Source of the DNA: Octopus bimaculoides
Taxonomy: Eukaryota
Assembly: GCF_001194135.2 (NCBI RefSeq)
Contig: NC_068996.1
Span: 21,562,960-21,608,910, forward strand
Length of the DNA: 45,951 bases
Direction: 5' to 3'
Below are positions 35,365 to 45,951 of this stretch, piece by piece. Both the position numbers and the translations under genes were made by a program. Below the pieces are notes generated by a model. It saw nothing but the letters and a program-made list of their open reading frames with translations. It did no database searches and had not been told where the DNA came from. The stretch's first letter is position 1. Each line of letters opens with the position of its first letter.

Positions 35365-35652
35365 AAGCAAGATCGTTGCCAGTGCCCCTGGACTGGCTCT
35401 TGTGCGGGTGGCACATAAAATACACCATTTTGAGCGTGACCATTGCCAGACTGGCCTTCGTGCCGGTGGCACGTAAAAGCACCCACTACACTCTCTGAGT
35501 GGTTGGCGTTTAGGAAGGGCATTCAGCTGTAGAAACTATGCCAAATCAGATTGGAGGCTGGTGTTGCCATCTGGTTCACCAGTCCTCAGTCAAATCGTCC
35601 AACCCATGCTAGCATGGAAAGCGGACGTTAAACGATGATGATGATGATGATG
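35365..35652 (+). mobile_element. Young RTE 3' UTR copy in the last PAN3 intron
   Basis: gcaagatcgttgccagtgccc...agcatggaaagcggacgttaaacga(TGA)n. Confidence 0.88.
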
Positions 35653-37384
35653 AAATAAAGGAAAGCTCAAATACAGGAGAATAGCAGAGAAAACAGCTTA
35701 GAAGATTGAGTAAAAATACTCTGATAAGACAGAAAAAAATGGGGATACAGCTCACATTGTATTCCTCCTGCTGTCCTTCATCACCTTCTCCTCCTCTATG
35801 GCCCAATCCTATTCTCTTGACTTCACTCTACCCCCATCTGATATTTACTGTGCCCACCTCTATCCCCATCTCTAACCACATGTCACATTCTATTCACACT
35901 TTTTCAATCTTACATACCAACTTTTTCTATCTTTTATCTTTATTCTCTTTCTCACATTCACCTCCAGGATATATCATCTATCTCTTTCTAGCTGGGAGAG
36001 CCTCTTTAGCAAGATACTTGACCCTGTTTCTTTATCATACTTTCTACATTACATGCCTCAATTGAGGGTCTTGTCTTGAAAATTCTTGGTGATTTCACCA
36101 GTGCTGATGCCATGAAAAAAACACCTAGTACACTTTGTGAAATGGTTGGCATTGGGGAGGGCATCCACATGTATAAACCATGCCAAAGCAAACATTGGAG
36201 CTTGGTACAGCCCTCTGGCTCATTGGTTACTGTCAAACCATCTTATCTATACCACTATGGAAAAAGGCATGTTAAATGATGACATGCTGAAATGGTTTGT
36301 ACATATATAATTACACATGTGCAAATGACCTTCACCTGTAATTAACAAAAAAAAAAAAAAAATCAATGAGCCAAAGCACTGCCTAGAGCAGCATCCCTTC
36401 TTAAGGGCAATAACTACACAAGAGTCAGAAAACAGTACCTCCAGAACTCCACAAGGTCTCTTATTAATCAACAAGCCACTGAGGAAGATTGGGCTAATTA
36501 GAAAAATTAGACACAAGCCCAAGATCTATACTATCACAAAAAAAAAAAAAAGAAAGAAAAAAGAAAAGCATAGAACTATCTTTTCAGTCATAAGCCACTG
36601 ACTCATCTATTGATCAATGAATACTAATACTTTTATAAATTCTATAACCTTTGAAACAGTACTTATTTCCAAGGCACAGGGTTGGCTGTATGGTTAAGAA
36701 GACCACTTCCCAACCACAGGGCTTTGGGTTCAATCCCACTGTGTGATAACTTAGGCCAGTGGTTTTTACTCTATGTGTATGGCACAGCTGTATGGTTAAG
36801 AATTTTGCCTTCCAAACACATGGTTTTAGGTTTATTTTAACTGTGTGGCATCAGGCAAGTGCCTTTTACTATAGCTCTGGGCTGAACTGAAGCCTTTGAG
36901 TGGATTTGGTAGATGGGAACTGAAAGAAGCATGTTGTATATGTATATATACCCAGCTATCATTGTTTTCATGTTCAACTTCTCATGCTTGCATGTAGCAG
37001 TTAAGAGTTTACCGAGGTGGATTTTCACTAACTCTCTTTTCCAAGGTAATATTTCCCCATAGCCAGATATATTTTCAGAGAATATTGCAAATGAATGACA
37101 CTATTTTTATGACAGTGACATTGATTTACAACTATCATGCAATATCAAACAAGATACAAACATACAAGCATTCACACACACACAGAGTTTCATTTAAATT
37201 TTTACATGGCTCTTCTTCGATATATATTCTAACTCGCTTGCTTGTTGCTTTCACTTTTTATCAATATATTCTGTCTTGAAAGACCTTTAATTCACTTACA
37301 TCAGAAATGTAAGTGAATTTTTATGAGCTAAGGGGTACTTACTAGTTAATTAATCGGTTATTATTTATTTTTGTGGTAGATGCA

Positions 37385-38255
37385 TGAGAAATACCTGGCT
37401 GAGTAAATCATTATTCTTGGCTTCATGGACTTGGAGAAGGCATTTGACAGGGTGCCACAAACTAATATGCTGGTCACTAAGGAAACTAGGTACTGACGAA
37501 TGGCCAGTGAGAGTTGTATAAGCTATGTAGAAAGATGCAGTAAATAAAGTGAGAGTCTTCAGTAAAGAATTTAATGTAAGGATTGGAGCCCATTAATCCT
37601 CAGTCCCCTTCTATTCAGTCCTATATACCATCACAGAGGAGTCTATGACTGGCTATACTTGGGAACCCCTACACATTGAATCTATAGAGGAACTAGCAAA
37701 GAAATTCCAGGCATGGAAGCTAAGCCTAGAATTGAGAAGTCTTAAGGTATTCCTAGCAAAGATGAAGGCTTTAATTAGTATTAAAGAAGACAGGTTCCTA
37801 ATACCTTCAGGAAAATGGCCTTGCAAACCCCTGCCTCCTCACACTGCTAGTTTCCTGTATCTCTACTCACTCGTACTATCCTTACACCTTGAGGGACCGC
37901 AGCCACCTCATCACCACCACCGCTATTTGTCTCTTCACAGCTACTGTTTATATTATTCCTAGCTCTCTCTCCTAAATGTGAGTTTGTCGTGTACATCTTC
38001 TATGACAAGAAACAACTCTGCAGCATCCCCTTCTCTCATACTGTAACCCTCATTGGCTACCATGAAGCTCTTCTCCTAAGGTTTTGTAGGCTTGCAAACT
38101 GCATGACAACATCACCTGTACTAGGGGTATGAGAACAGCATCCAGTCATTGAAACCATGCTAGAGCAGACACAATCCTAGGATTCATTGGATCCTGTCAA
38201 ATCGTCCCATCCATGCCAGCATGGAACATGAATGGTAAATGACAATGATAATGAT
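37385..38255 (+). mobile_element. Old RTE LINE (RT remnant with an internal deletion, plus 3' UTR)
   Basis: Encodes LGFMDLEKAFDRVP...LRKLG.DEW.VRVV, ending atgccagcatggaacatgaatggtaaatgacaatgataatgatg. Confidence 0.75.
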
Positions 38256-38474
38256 GTTCCCAACCATGTGGTTTGGGATTTAGCCTACACATACATATAT
38301 ATAGATGCAGGCATAGCTGTGTGACTAAGAAATATGCTTTCCCATAGTTTTGGGTTCAGTCCCACAGCACAGCACCTTGGGCAAATATCTTCTACTATCT
38401 TCCCAGACCAATCAATGCCTTGTAAGTGAATATGGAAGATGGAAACTGTATAGAAGCCCATCATGTGTGTGCAT

Positions 38475-38514
<40 letters not shown>

Positions 38515-38728
38515 ATGTGTGTCTTTGTATTTGTCTCCACCCCTGACTGGCATTGCATTGTGTAAATCCCTGTAATAAGTGGTTCAACAAAAGAGACTGA
38601 GAAAATAAGTACCAGACTTAAAAATAAGTACTAGAGTTGATTTATTTGACTAAATCCTTCAAGACAAGGCCCCATCATGGCCATAGTCCAATGACTGAAA
38701 CAAGTAAAAGATATATGTACAAACATAC

Positions 38729-38867
38729 CTTGTTTAATGAGTCCACGATATGTGCCATATCTACCCATGGTGTGCCATGTTCGTCAACTTGGTGGAAGAT
38801 ATAGTCACGGAAGAGTTTTAACATGTATCGATCTCCTGTTTCTGACCAGGAAGCATCAATTGAGAAT
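38729..38867 (-). CDS. PAN3: PAN3 penultimate coding exon (139 nt, phase 2 to 0)
   Basis: ctttttcattacag|A TTC TCA...AAC AAG|gtatg encodes [46 protein letters not shown]. It contains the PAN3 signature [18 protein letters not shown] and its phase is compatible with both flanking exons. Confidence 0.98.
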
Positions 38868-38944
38868 CTGTAATGAAAAAGATTAACGAATTTGATTTAT
38901 AATAACATGTAAGTATAATACATATGCTTTTCAAAATATATACT

Positions 38945-39545
38945 GTATTTGTAAGTATATAAAATGCATTTTTAAAAATATTTTTAAACATATCAAAAAA
39001 TTTGACCTTTTCTCATATTTGTTACTAATAATATGATATTGAAAACTATCAGCCAAAATATCAGTCCGCTAACATAAATTCACAAAAAATTGCTCACAAT
39101 ATGTCAGTAACTATGTAAAAAAGTCATGCCATCTCATACCTTCTTCCTCAGCATATATAACCATACTTGATATGACTTACATTATTTAATGTCTGTGTTA
39201 CATTAAAGAAACATTTTTTTAAACATCCAATTGAAAAATTCTCCTAGAAAGATGAAAGAAATGTTAAACTTTCATCCACCTGTCAGCTATGAGTGGATGA
39301 CAACAATAACATAGTGGCGGCGCATCACCCTGTTACATAAATATTATAGCTAGAAATATTAATTTCACATACAGTATAACAATTCTCTTAACTAAACTAT
39401 GACCAACTACACAACTGATCTGAAAGAAGATAAAGTTGAAATGTAGTACTTGTTTAAAATAGTTTACCTTTGATAAATCTATGATTTCATACATTAATCC
39501 AGTAGACTGTTACAAAATTGTATTTACTTGTGCAGAACTATACAC
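38945..39545. mobile_element. pogo-like non-autonomous element, copy 4 (opposite orientation)
   Basis: TACTGTATTTGTAAGTATATAAAATGCA terminus. The internal cttcctcagcatata and aaactttcatccac segments are reverse complements of those in copies 1-3. Confidence 0.6.
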
Positions 39546-39712
39546 ATTTTCCTTTACAAAACAACTTTAACCCTTTAGCATTCAGATTAAATTGTATTAT
39601 AATTCTTATTTACTGACATTGTTTTGAATTAATCAGGCATTACCCTGTACCTTTGAGATTTTGATGATGATGTGATTGTACATCTTTTTAATGATATTAT
39701 AGAGTAGATATG

Positions 39713-40088
39713 GTGGAGGCGCAATGGCCCAGTGGTTAGGGCAGCAGACTCGCGGTCATAGGATCGCGGTTTCGATTCCCAGACCGGGTGTTGTGAGTGT
39801 TTATTGAGCGAAAACACCTAAAGCTCTACGAGGCTCTGGCAGGGGATGGTGGTGAACCCTGCTGTATTCTTTCACCACAACTTTCTCTTACTCTTACTTC
39901 CTGTTTCTGTTGCGCCTGTAATTCAAAGAGTCAGCCTTGTCACACTGTGTCAAACTACGTTAAGGGTACACGTGTCTGTGGAGTGCTCAGCCACTTGCAC
40001 GTTAATTTCACGAGTAGGCTGTTCTGTTAATCGGATGAACTGGAACCCTCGACGTTGTAAGCGACGGAGTGCCAACAACAACAACAAC
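39713..40088 (+). mobile_element. tRNA-derived SINE (17627/18256 family) with a 12-bp TSD, nested in a piggyBac-like MITE
   Basis: The TSD AGAGTAGATATG is at 39701-39712 and 40089-40100. Confidence 0.92.
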
Positions 40089-40538
40089 AGAGTAGATATG
40101 AGAGACCCAATCTGGTTACCTTGAACATAAAACAAATAGAATATTTTGGCTAGATTTGACCAATTAAAATATCTATCAATAGGTGTATAATCTAGCATTA
40201 AATTTGCTTTATCCACAAAATATCTTTGTAAAACAGCAGGGCATCCTAAATTCCAGCAAATATGGTATCTCCCTATTTGTTATCTATCTACAGTTTTACT
40301 ATACTGTTTTTCTCTTCACAAACCCCTCTTTATGCATTACCACTAAAGGAATTATTGTATTTCCCTTTGCATACTTGCCTTCCACTGAGTGAGATTCACT
40401 ATTAACCATCTGCGTTTTTGTGTTTGTGCTTGCCACTCACTACTTTCAATTCTGTCCGCATCTCTAAAGTCTGCCTCTCCTGAACATACCTACCCACCCA
40501 TCCTGGATCTTCTGTCCCTATACACTTTCTATCCTTCT

Positions 40539-40631
40539 TGTACCTTGAGGTTATGTACCTATGTACCTTGAGGTTATGTTCCTATGTACCTTGAGGTTAT
40601 GTACCTATGTACCTTGTACCTTGAGTTTATG
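40539..40631. repeat. 23-bp minisatellite (TGTACCTTGAGGTTATGTACCTA) x3 plus partial units
   Basis: Direct reading. Confidence 0.95.
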
Positions 40632-41150
40632 CACTGACACCTCATATATACCATCTTTTCTCCCTTTTCTACTGCAGTAGCCATGTATCACCTCTACAGC
40701 AAAATACGCTTTCCCATCCCTTTATCACATCTTTACCTTCTCAACACCTGACATAAAACCACCTCTTTCAATATTGCACTCTAACTCAGTTGAGGGGTCC
40801 TGTCTTGAAAGTTACTTGATGATGCCACTAGTGCTGGTGCCATTAAAAAGCACCCTCCATGCATTATTGGACACTTCCTACGCTTGTCCACCATTTACAA
40901 CATACGACCCCTCAACACTTGTTCATTCACTGTATTCACACTGCCTCACTCACTCCTCATCTCTCTTTCTCTCATACACTCTTGCAATCTTCACCTACCC
41001 ATATGCCTGGTCCCTCTGGCCCACTCATCCTCTACTCAGCTGGTACCTTAAGGGTCCACACAAACATCACCCCTATTTTTATCTCTTTCCAACTTCACCC
41101 ACTCACTCCCACCCTCTCTTCTGTTCTGCTCTGACTTTTTCTCTCATACT

Positions 41151-41526
41151 TTAAGCCTTTAGCATTCAGATTACTCAGTCAAATGCAATGCTTATTTATT
41201 CAAATTGTTTTCAATTAATCATACATTATCTCATAGCTACGAGATTTTGATGATGTGGCTTTAGTAGAGTAAGGCATGAGAAGCCAGATCTGGCTGGTTT
41301 GAACATAAAACAGGGAGAATGTTTGGGCTTGACATTTGACTGATAGTTTAAATGCTGAAGGATTAACCCTTTAGCATTTAATCCAGTCATATCTGGTCCA
41401 AATATTCTACATGTTTTATGTTAAAACTGACCAGATCCAGCCTCTCACACGTTATCTACAATGTCATTTTAAAAATATACAAAGACGCCACTGAAATCTT
41501 AAAGAAATCTGAATGTTAAAGCACTA
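41151..41526. mobile_element. Two abutting piggyBac-like MITEs sharing one TTAA (41363-41366)
   Basis: ttaagcctttagcattcagatt...aatgctgaagga-TTAA-ccctttagcattt... Confidence 0.65.
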
Positions 41527-42938
41527 ATCCTTTATTTAGCATAAAACCACTTCTGTTGGAGTTCAAAGTCTTGCAAGTTGCATGGCAACCTCACTAGTGC
41601 TGATGCCATGAAAAAAAAAACACACACACTTAGCACATACATTAAAGTTGAAGGGTATCCAGCCATAGAAACCATGCCAAAGAACACACTAGAGCACAAT
41701 ACAGTCTTTGGAACCATCAAATTCTGTCAAACCATCCACCCCATGCAACATGGATGCTAAATGACAATGATTATGATGACATATAAGATAAACTGTTGAA
41801 TTACTGAAATTAATCTCCACTTCCATTGAGACAAATGCCAAATGAAGAAAGATGGTAATCTCAGAAAGAATTCTCCAAAAATTAAAATGGCATTAAGTAA
41901 TAAACAATCTGATTGATAGGAGAGAGGGGGATAGCTATGTAGACATGTTTTTTGCCACAATAAGTGACATCTGCAGAGCATATCAGCTTTGGAGAATTCT
42001 TGATTCTAGTGATTATTTCCCCTTCCTATATGGAGTGGATCCCACTCGTTAAGCTTGGCCCCATACCTGACACTGCATTCAAAAAGATTCTTCAGTAATA
42101 CAAGTGGCAAGAAATATTCACCCTCTCTATGGAAATGGAACTTTAATGTATCTGAACAAGCTCTGTGTTAGGTAGAATATGAAATGTTAAACCAAAACGA
42201 AAAAAAGTTAATGCAAAGAACTATTGTCACTAACTGGAACCATTGCACAAAAATTTGCATAAAAAGTGCCCAGCGTTGTTACTCTGACACAAAACTGCAA
42301 AACAACATATTGCCCAAGTCACTCAGGAAAAGATTATATTACCGTATATATATATATGGGAGTTTGTACCTCATTCTTCTTACTCCCAACACCTTGCTCT
42401 GTTTGAGTGTCACTTTTGCAGATTATTGAAACATTATTTAGAGGAAAAACAAATGATATTGTTTCTTTACTTTGAAACCTGAAGAATTTTAAATCTGATG
42501 GACCAACAATTTGCCAAGTAGATGGGATAATGTTGACAATAATGAAAGGTATTGTCTTCATTAAATATACCAATTAAACCAAACAATCATTTGTTTCTTT
42601 CCTATCTTGAAATGCAACAGGACTTTCTTTCCAACCTAATATTACACACACACACACACATATATATACAAATATATATACAAATATATATACAACAGCC
42701 AAATCCACTCACACTGCTTTGGTTGGCCTGAGGCTAAAGTAGAAGACATTTACCTAAAGTGCCATGCAGTTGGAATGAACTTGAGTCCATGTGTCGGGAA
42801 GTAAACTTCTAACCACACCTGCACCTATATACATACATACACATATCTGTTTATCTATCTATATCTATATTTATATATATATATATATATATAAACATAC
42901 ATACACACACACAAAGAAAATAAAACAATATATCTTAC

Positions 42939-43003
42939 TCCGGTCTTTCCAATATCGTAACTAACTTGCAAAGGAGTCGAAACAGGCGGCCGTTTTCAAC
43001 TTC
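42939..43003 (-). CDS. PAN3: PAN3 internal coding exon (65 nt, phase 0 to 2), start of the C-terminal knob domain
   Basis: Minus strand reads ttttctttccag|GAAGTT...AGACCGGA|gtaag and encodes EVENGRLFRLLCKLVTILERP(E). This matches the metazoan PAN3 motif EVQNGRLFRLLAKLGTINERPE (recalled from human PAN3). Confidence 0.97.
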
Positions 43004-44869
43004 CTGGAAAGAAAATGACAAGGAATTGATGTTAGACAAGACTGCAGATAGGTTTATAAAAACACACACAAGCTCATATTTTTGTGTTACTATTGATGAT
43101 GTCACAAAAAAAAAAAAAGACACACACAATACATGCTGCAAAAGGGTTGGTGTAAGGAAGAGTATGCAACCATAGAAACCTTACCAAATGATACATTGGA
43201 GCACTATGTAGTCCTTAGATTCTGTCAGATCCTGTGAAACCACCCAACCTATGTCAACATGAATGATGGATGTTAAAAGATGATGATATCATCATTCAAC
43301 ATCAACATTACCATCATTTAATGTCTGTTTTCCATGCTGGCATGGGTTGGATGGTGTGGCAGGATCCAGTGGATCCAAGGACAGCACTATGATCCAGTTC
43401 TATAATTGAATGCTCTTCTTAATGCCAACCACTTTATAGAATGTACAGGGTGCTTTTTTTGTACCACCAGCAAGATAGAAAAAGAACAGAGAAAAAGATT
43501 TCACAACTCAGTGAGGGAGGGGGCTTTATGCCAGGTGCTCAGGGGCTTTACGCCAGGTGTTCAGGGGCTAAAGTGTGATAGAGGGACAAGAATAAGTATC
43601 TTGTTAAAGAGAAGACACATGGCTACTCCACATATATGAGTGGGAATAGCTGGGAAGATAAAGATGGTAATGATGGGAGTGGGGGAAAAACAAATCCTCA
43701 AGGTACAAGGTGAGTATATGAGAAGACACAGACAGTGGATTTGGGGAGGGGAAGAAGAGAGTGAGAAGTTGTGTATAAGTGTGAGAAGAGAACAACAGAT
43801 GACTGGAAATGAAGGTAGAGGTAAATATAGCAAGTGATGAACAGAGGTGGCGTGGTTGATGAGAAATACCAATATGGAGTAGATGTAAGGTGAGAGAAAT
43901 AGAAGCAAGGGANNNNNNNNNNNNNNNNNNNNNNNNNNNNNNNNNNNNNNNNNNNNNNNNNNNNNNNNNNNNNNNNNNNNNNNNNNNNNNNNNNNNNNNN
44001 NNNNNNNNNNNNGAAAGCGGACGTTAAACGATGATGATATATATATATATATATATGAAATATACTAGCTGAATATCCCATCGTTGCCAGGGAATTTTCA
44101 CAATAGGATGACTTTATTTCATTTTTTTTTTTCATTCCATGTCAGATCATGTCTTCTCTGATGGATAGGCCTCTTGATCAGAACTGATATCTGCATTATT
44201 TGGGGCAATATATAATGTTTTTGTTTTTCCATGTGGTGCATAGATGTAAAGATCTTTCTTAGTTCACTGCTGATGCTTTGTGAGGGTCTTTTCAACACTG
44301 TCGCTCTAATGAAATTCTTTACACACATGCATACACACACATACACACAGACACGCACACACATACACACACCCAAGAGAAAGAGCGAGAGAGTATGAAA
44401 GTTTCCAATGAGAAAAGTCACAGACAAAAAGAGAGATCTTTTCTGTTGTTAAAGACTTTGAAATTTTAAAATTAAGTGAAAATTTTCAAATTTGGTATAT
44501 GGATGTCTATCACAAAATGAAATTAAAAACGTCACAACTATGAAGTTCTAAACAAAATGGAAACAATTACACATCATATCAACAGAGAGGGTGAGCAACA
44601 TGCGTGAGAGATATACATATACATAGAGAGAGTGAAATATACATGTACAGAGGGGAAAGTATAAGATGGAGAGAACTGGGAGACAGATAGAGAATGGGAG
44701 ATTTGTCAATCTAAAAGTTGAGATATTTTTCGTAGTAAATCATATTTTTAGATTAATTGTAACTGAAAACCTTGTCACTGGAACACAGATTTCAAAAATC
44801 AAATCCATTTTCTTTAAGGACACACTGTGAACCTTTTGTGATATATCCACATACACACGCTCATTTATG

Positions 44870-44916
44870 TAATAGAAGATATATGTATATGTGTGTGTAT
44901 GTAAATATATATAGTC

Positions 44917-44947
<31 letters not shown>

Positions 44948-45120
44948 CACATATACATATATATATATATATACATATATACATATATATACATATATAT
45001 ATATATACATATATACATACATATACATATATATATACATATACATATACATATATATAAACATATATATATATATATAAACATATATATATATATATAT
45101 ATATGTATACATATATATAT
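44870..45120. repeat. (TA)n/(TACA)n/(TATACA)n compound microsatellite
   Basis: Direct reading. Confidence 0.98.
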
Positions 45121-45146
45121 GAAGAAAAGCAACAAAAATTCAATAG

Positions 45147-45245
45147 ATTATAGCAGTACGTACGTTTCGTACAAACTTCATTTATTCATGAAGTGAGAAC
45201 ACTACATAAAATGTATAATGAAAATGTACTCCTCAGCTGCATAAT
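45147..45245 (-). ncRNA. Type I minimal hammerhead ribozyme motif with intact core
   Basis: Minus strand reads AUUAU-GCAG [CUGAGGA] GUACA...(internal hairpins)...UGUAC [GAAA] CGUACG [UA] CUGC-U-AUAAU. Stem I is 9 bp with one bulge, stem II is 5 bp closed by G10.1-C11.1, stem III is the palindrome ACGUACGU, and the cleavage triplet is GUA. Confidence 0.85.
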
Positions 45246-45339
45246 GGAAGTTCATTTTAGAAAGGTCATTTTGTAGATGTTTGCAGAAACAAGAGTAGGA
45301 GAAGAAGAAAATATCATCTTGACTGGGCTGTTAATCAAC

Positions 45340-45630
45340 AGTCTAGACTGTTGATTTGACTGAGGACTGGCAAACCAGAAGGCTGCACCAGGCTCCAATC
45401 TGATCTGGCAGAGTTTCTACAGCTGGATGCCCTTCCTAACGCCAACCACTCCGAGAGTGTAGTGGGTGCCAGTCCAGCGGCACTGGTAACGATCTCGCTC
45501 AAATGGTTTTTGAACATGCCATCAGAACAAGTGCTAGAAGGCAACACTGGTAACGATTACACTCTAATGGTGGTATTTACGGGCCACTAGCACGGAAGCC
45601 AGGGAGCTGCTCTGGCAATGTACACGCTCA
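45340..45630 (-). mobile_element. RTE 3' UTR fragment
   Basis: gatttgactgaggactgg...ccaggctccaatctgat...gatgcccttcctaacgccaaccactcc. Confidence 0.8.
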
Positions 45631-45667
45631 ACTGTGCTGTTAGTGCTCCACTGGCGCGGGTACATAA

Positions 45668-45702
<35 letters not shown>

Positions 45703-45723
45703 CATACATTTATATATATCTAC

Positions 45724-45756
<33 letters not shown>

Positions 45757-45762
45757 CATACA

Positions 45763-45951
45763 TATCATCATCATCGTCGTTTAACGTCCGCTTTCCATGC
45801 TAGCATGGGTTGGACGATTTGACTGAGGACTGGTGAAACCAGATGGCTACACCAGGCTCCAATCTGATTTGGCAGAGTTTCTACAGCTGGATGCCCTTCC
45901 TAACGCCAACCACTCCGAGAGTGTAGAGGGTGCTTTTACGTGCCACCGGCA
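45763..45951 (-). mobile_element. Young RTE 3' UTR copy running off the window end
   Basis: (CAT)n-cgtcgtttaacgtccgctttccatgctagcatggg... Confidence 0.88.

Noticed and set aside
40539-40631. Short direct repeats as a CRISPR-like array (also the 22-bp repeat at about 43521-43568)
   Set aside because: They are head-to-tail with no unique spacers, in a eukaryotic context, so they are minisatellites.
38868-42938. Intronic C/D-box snoRNA in the PAN3 introns
   Set aside because: I saw no sense-strand RUGAUGA...CUGA pair with a terminal stem by eye. A snoscan or Infernal search would be needed to exclude one.
44119-44427. 102-aa minus-strand ORF as a possible upstream PAN3 exon
   Set aside because: It shows no similarity to the expected ...IGARFY...LAK segment in any frame I read.
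44740-45143. ORFs rich in Y/I/C/V/H/T (also near 3162, 11461, 19983, 33316 and 34710)
   Set aside because: They are translations of (TA)n, (CA)n and (GT)n microsatellites.

Overview
AT-rich, microsatellite-dense eukaryotic DNA from a gapped short-read assembly (8 N-gaps). The repeat content points to an Octopus genome (inference): tRNA-derived SINEs, RTE LINEs with (ATG)n tails, Penelope-like elements and Tc1/mariner fossils. The only host gene I can support is the 3' end of PAN3 (PAN2-PAN3 deadenylase regulatory subunit) on the minus strand. Its last three coding exons are 43003-42939, 38867-38729 and 34677-34531; they have canonical AG/GT sites and splice in frame to ...[49 protein letters not shown]...LNK/LDAGVMDKVTLMSRDEQ...*. 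Upstream exons lie beyond the window or in a gap. The rest is mostly transposon debris: a rearranged RTE cluster (3.9-9.1 kb), Penelope-like fold-back elements, DD41D, DD37D and mariner fossils, pogo-like and piggyBac-like MITEs, and SINEs. The most notable unannotated feature is a hammerhead-ribozyme motif with every catalytic core nucleotide intact (45147-45245, minus strand), on the PAN3 strand and presumably in a PAN3 intron. Four further degenerate or truncated hammerhead motifs of different sequence are associated with fold-back or Penelope-like remnants. Most ORFs in the supplied track are artefacts of microsatellites, gaps or antisense repeat sequence. Repeat coordinates were read by eye and are approximate (within about 10-20 nt) unless TSDs or TIRs are given.
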